NCBI GenBank assembly: GCA_963845185.1
Contig: CAWJRG010000009.1
Coordinates: 416,001-480,000, forward strand
Length of the DNA stretch: 64,000 nucleotides
Origin: an uncultured bacterium
GTDB taxonomy: Bacteria; Oederibacteriota; PGYV01; CAWJRG01
Direction of reading: 5' to 3'
Below the pieces are notes generated by a model. It was not told the origin of the DNA, did not search any database, and saw nothing but the letters and a program-made list of their open reading frames with translations. Of the stretch, positions 63,301 through 64,000 are shown in pieces (positions within the stretch are counted from its first letter, which is position 1; each line of letters starts with the position of its first letter). The translations under genes and the position numbers were made by a program.

Positions 63301-64000
63301 GGCATTTTGCTTGATGGAGGAGATTCTAATGGAATATACTGCAATTATATAGGTACAGACTCAAATCGGGATTTCGGTTTGGGCAATTCAGTGGGCATAG
63401 CATTCATAAATGGAGCAACAGAAAATGAAATGGGAAGTAACGTAGGTTCGGGCGATGAAAACTATATACTGTATAACACTGTAAAAGGGATACAGGTAGG
63501 CAGCAGCGCGTCAGACATAGGGACAATGTTCAATTATATTAATTCAAATTATATTTCCGGCAATAACGGGCTTGGAATAGACCTTGGCAACGACGGCATA
63601 ACGGTCAACGGCAGTGAGACTCCGCCGGGGCCGAATAACTGGACATATTACCCGATAATCGCCAATGCATATATGTCAGGGCCGAATACTTTACATGTTG
63701 ACGGCGACACAAATATCACTGATGGATATAATATGGGCGTCATCATTGGGATATCGGACAAAGACGGACAACAGGGACACGGCGAATGCCCGCAACCAAT
63801 TGCCTATGTGGCAGTGACGGGCGGGGCGTTCAGCGCTGATATAGACACAAGCGCATTTGGCGATTTAACAGGCATGGCAATAACAAGTTATAACATACAT
63901 ATTAACGGTTCTTCTGAATTCTCGGCAAATACGACGGTATTAGCGCCACAGGCAACACAGACAGCTGCAGTCCAGCAGACGCAGACTGAAGTAGCGAATG
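60307..64000 (+). CDS. Second large surface protein (>1,230 aa, runs off the window end): signal, N-domain, 16x16-aa ETATAAVQQTQTEVAQ stalk, CSLREA-like plus beta-helix module paralogous to the 34.7 kb protein
   Basis: TTG start after AGGAGG (60295-60300); I saw no stop in the frame before the window end, which explains its absence from the ORF track. LIVNSDAD.DGMPGSVTPGANTLRQCINAAN...SSEFSAN module is shared with 41635-43620. Confidence 0.85.
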   Translation, partial: MSLTTDLTLIKSRAKNKKGKITGIITFAIIIFLSFLPLHIFAAITEGGQASGTGTGTVNIGYTVSTNDNRILIVSVGVMNGSAGDHINTVTYNGTALTFLNRIVSNATLAGIDGEIWYMLNPPSGGPYNVIVTDLVVTGGPRIVAGVTEYDGVVGIGNNAFKNTNAITNTLTDTLAIQYAGDLITGIFSMRNGTTPITFTTPAGNNLEWNITSAAGFIAGSEYDIDEANPGTYSTIYTSSNVTNWCVAGEVELLNPTPTPTWTPTNTPTWTPTNTPNLTQTEAATETQVAETATEQAQETETAAMQQTQTEMANETATAAVQQTQTEVVQETATAAVQQTQTEAANETATAIIQVTQTEIAQETATAAVQQTQTEVAQETVTAAVQQTQTEAANETATAIIQVTQTEIANETATAAVQQTQTEEANETATAAVQQTQTEVAQEIATAAIQQTQTEVAQETAIAAVQQTQTEVAQETAIAAVQQTQTEIAQETATAAAVATQTEVAQETATVAVQQTQTEVAQETATAAVQQTQTEVVQETATAAVQQTQTAVVQATETAVAGPLIVNSDADDDGMPGSVTPGANTLRQCINAANTRTGPVTIYFDQSISNTVINLKASLPYISSPNITIDGQGNSITVNGNSYDIFSITSNNDNIFNLAIVGGYNGVDISGYNGGVYSNIISGCRIGIDWNNNISWPNFNGAVIEGGASENQIGMRTAGTAYGNIISNNTSDGVLIDASDNNWVLNNFIGTDSTGMIAMPNRLNGVHVRYVSYNNSIGYYDPGTGNMGNIISGNSNDGILISEYSFNTGVFANVIGGNAGVLTGDSGSAGTLPNGYNGVEISQSDSVSNAEDYTGIGGFDPDTDLYDQPGNTIIANSSSGIHITDSSSLVYAGNNSIGIMFGNMSAGNGETGIAIDGGAYDNYINSNLISGQTNENAVGIEINGSNDYVTSNIIGLDASASNPVPNFEGVYLLNASGIQVGEQGNTAAANVIAGNMTQGILLDGGDSNGIYCNYIGTDSNRDFGLGNSVGIAFINGATENEMGSNVGSGDENYILYNTVKGIQVGSSASDIGTMFNYINSNYISGNNGLGIDLGNDGITVNGSETPPGPNNWTYYPIIANAYMSGPNTLHVDGDTNITDGYNMGVIIGISDKDGQQGHGECPQPIAYVAVTGGAFSADIDTSAFGDLTGMAITSYNIHINGSSEFSANTTVLAPQATQTAAVQQTQTEVAN
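61201..61968 (+). repeat. Coding tandem repeat, 16 copies of 48 nt
   Basis: Units start every 48 nt (61201, 61249, ... 61441, ... 61681, ... 61921); the repeat resumes at about 63950. Confidence 0.92.

Overview
A 64 kb chromosomal window from an AT-rich, probably anaerobic diderm bacterium. The style (Thr/Pro-rich secreted proteins, a T9SS/FlgD-like C-terminal domain, a PorV-family barrel, many TPR and GT-C proteins) suggests a candidate-phylum lineage such as Goldbacteria or relatives; this is an inference only. The left part holds housekeeping genes (mtnA partial, thioesterase, an uncalled 29-aa AURKAIP1/COX24/bS22-type peptide, yebC, a PilH/PilI/PilG-like ABC trio, uvrA, recN, sppA) interleaved with accessory secreted-protein, TPR and PilZ genes. 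The middle holds a complete hdrCBA-mvhDGA-maturation protease operon (group 3c-type [NiFe] hydrogenase/heterodisulfide reductase). The right part (34.7-64 kb) is the most novel-looking region: a ~3,300-aa modular surface protein, a CTD-bearing partner, a PorV-family barrel with TPR, three GT-C-PA14 fusion glycosyltransferases, two further GT-C-like membrane proteins, an NHL protein, a ~1 kb intergenic region with GC-rich structured elements, and a second giant paralogous surface protein that runs off the window end. Three genes each carry one extra base (PilZ, hdrA, giant protein) and one carries an in-frame amber codon; sequencing error is the simplest explanation. I found no rRNA, tRNA, CRISPR array, transposase or reverse transcriptase.
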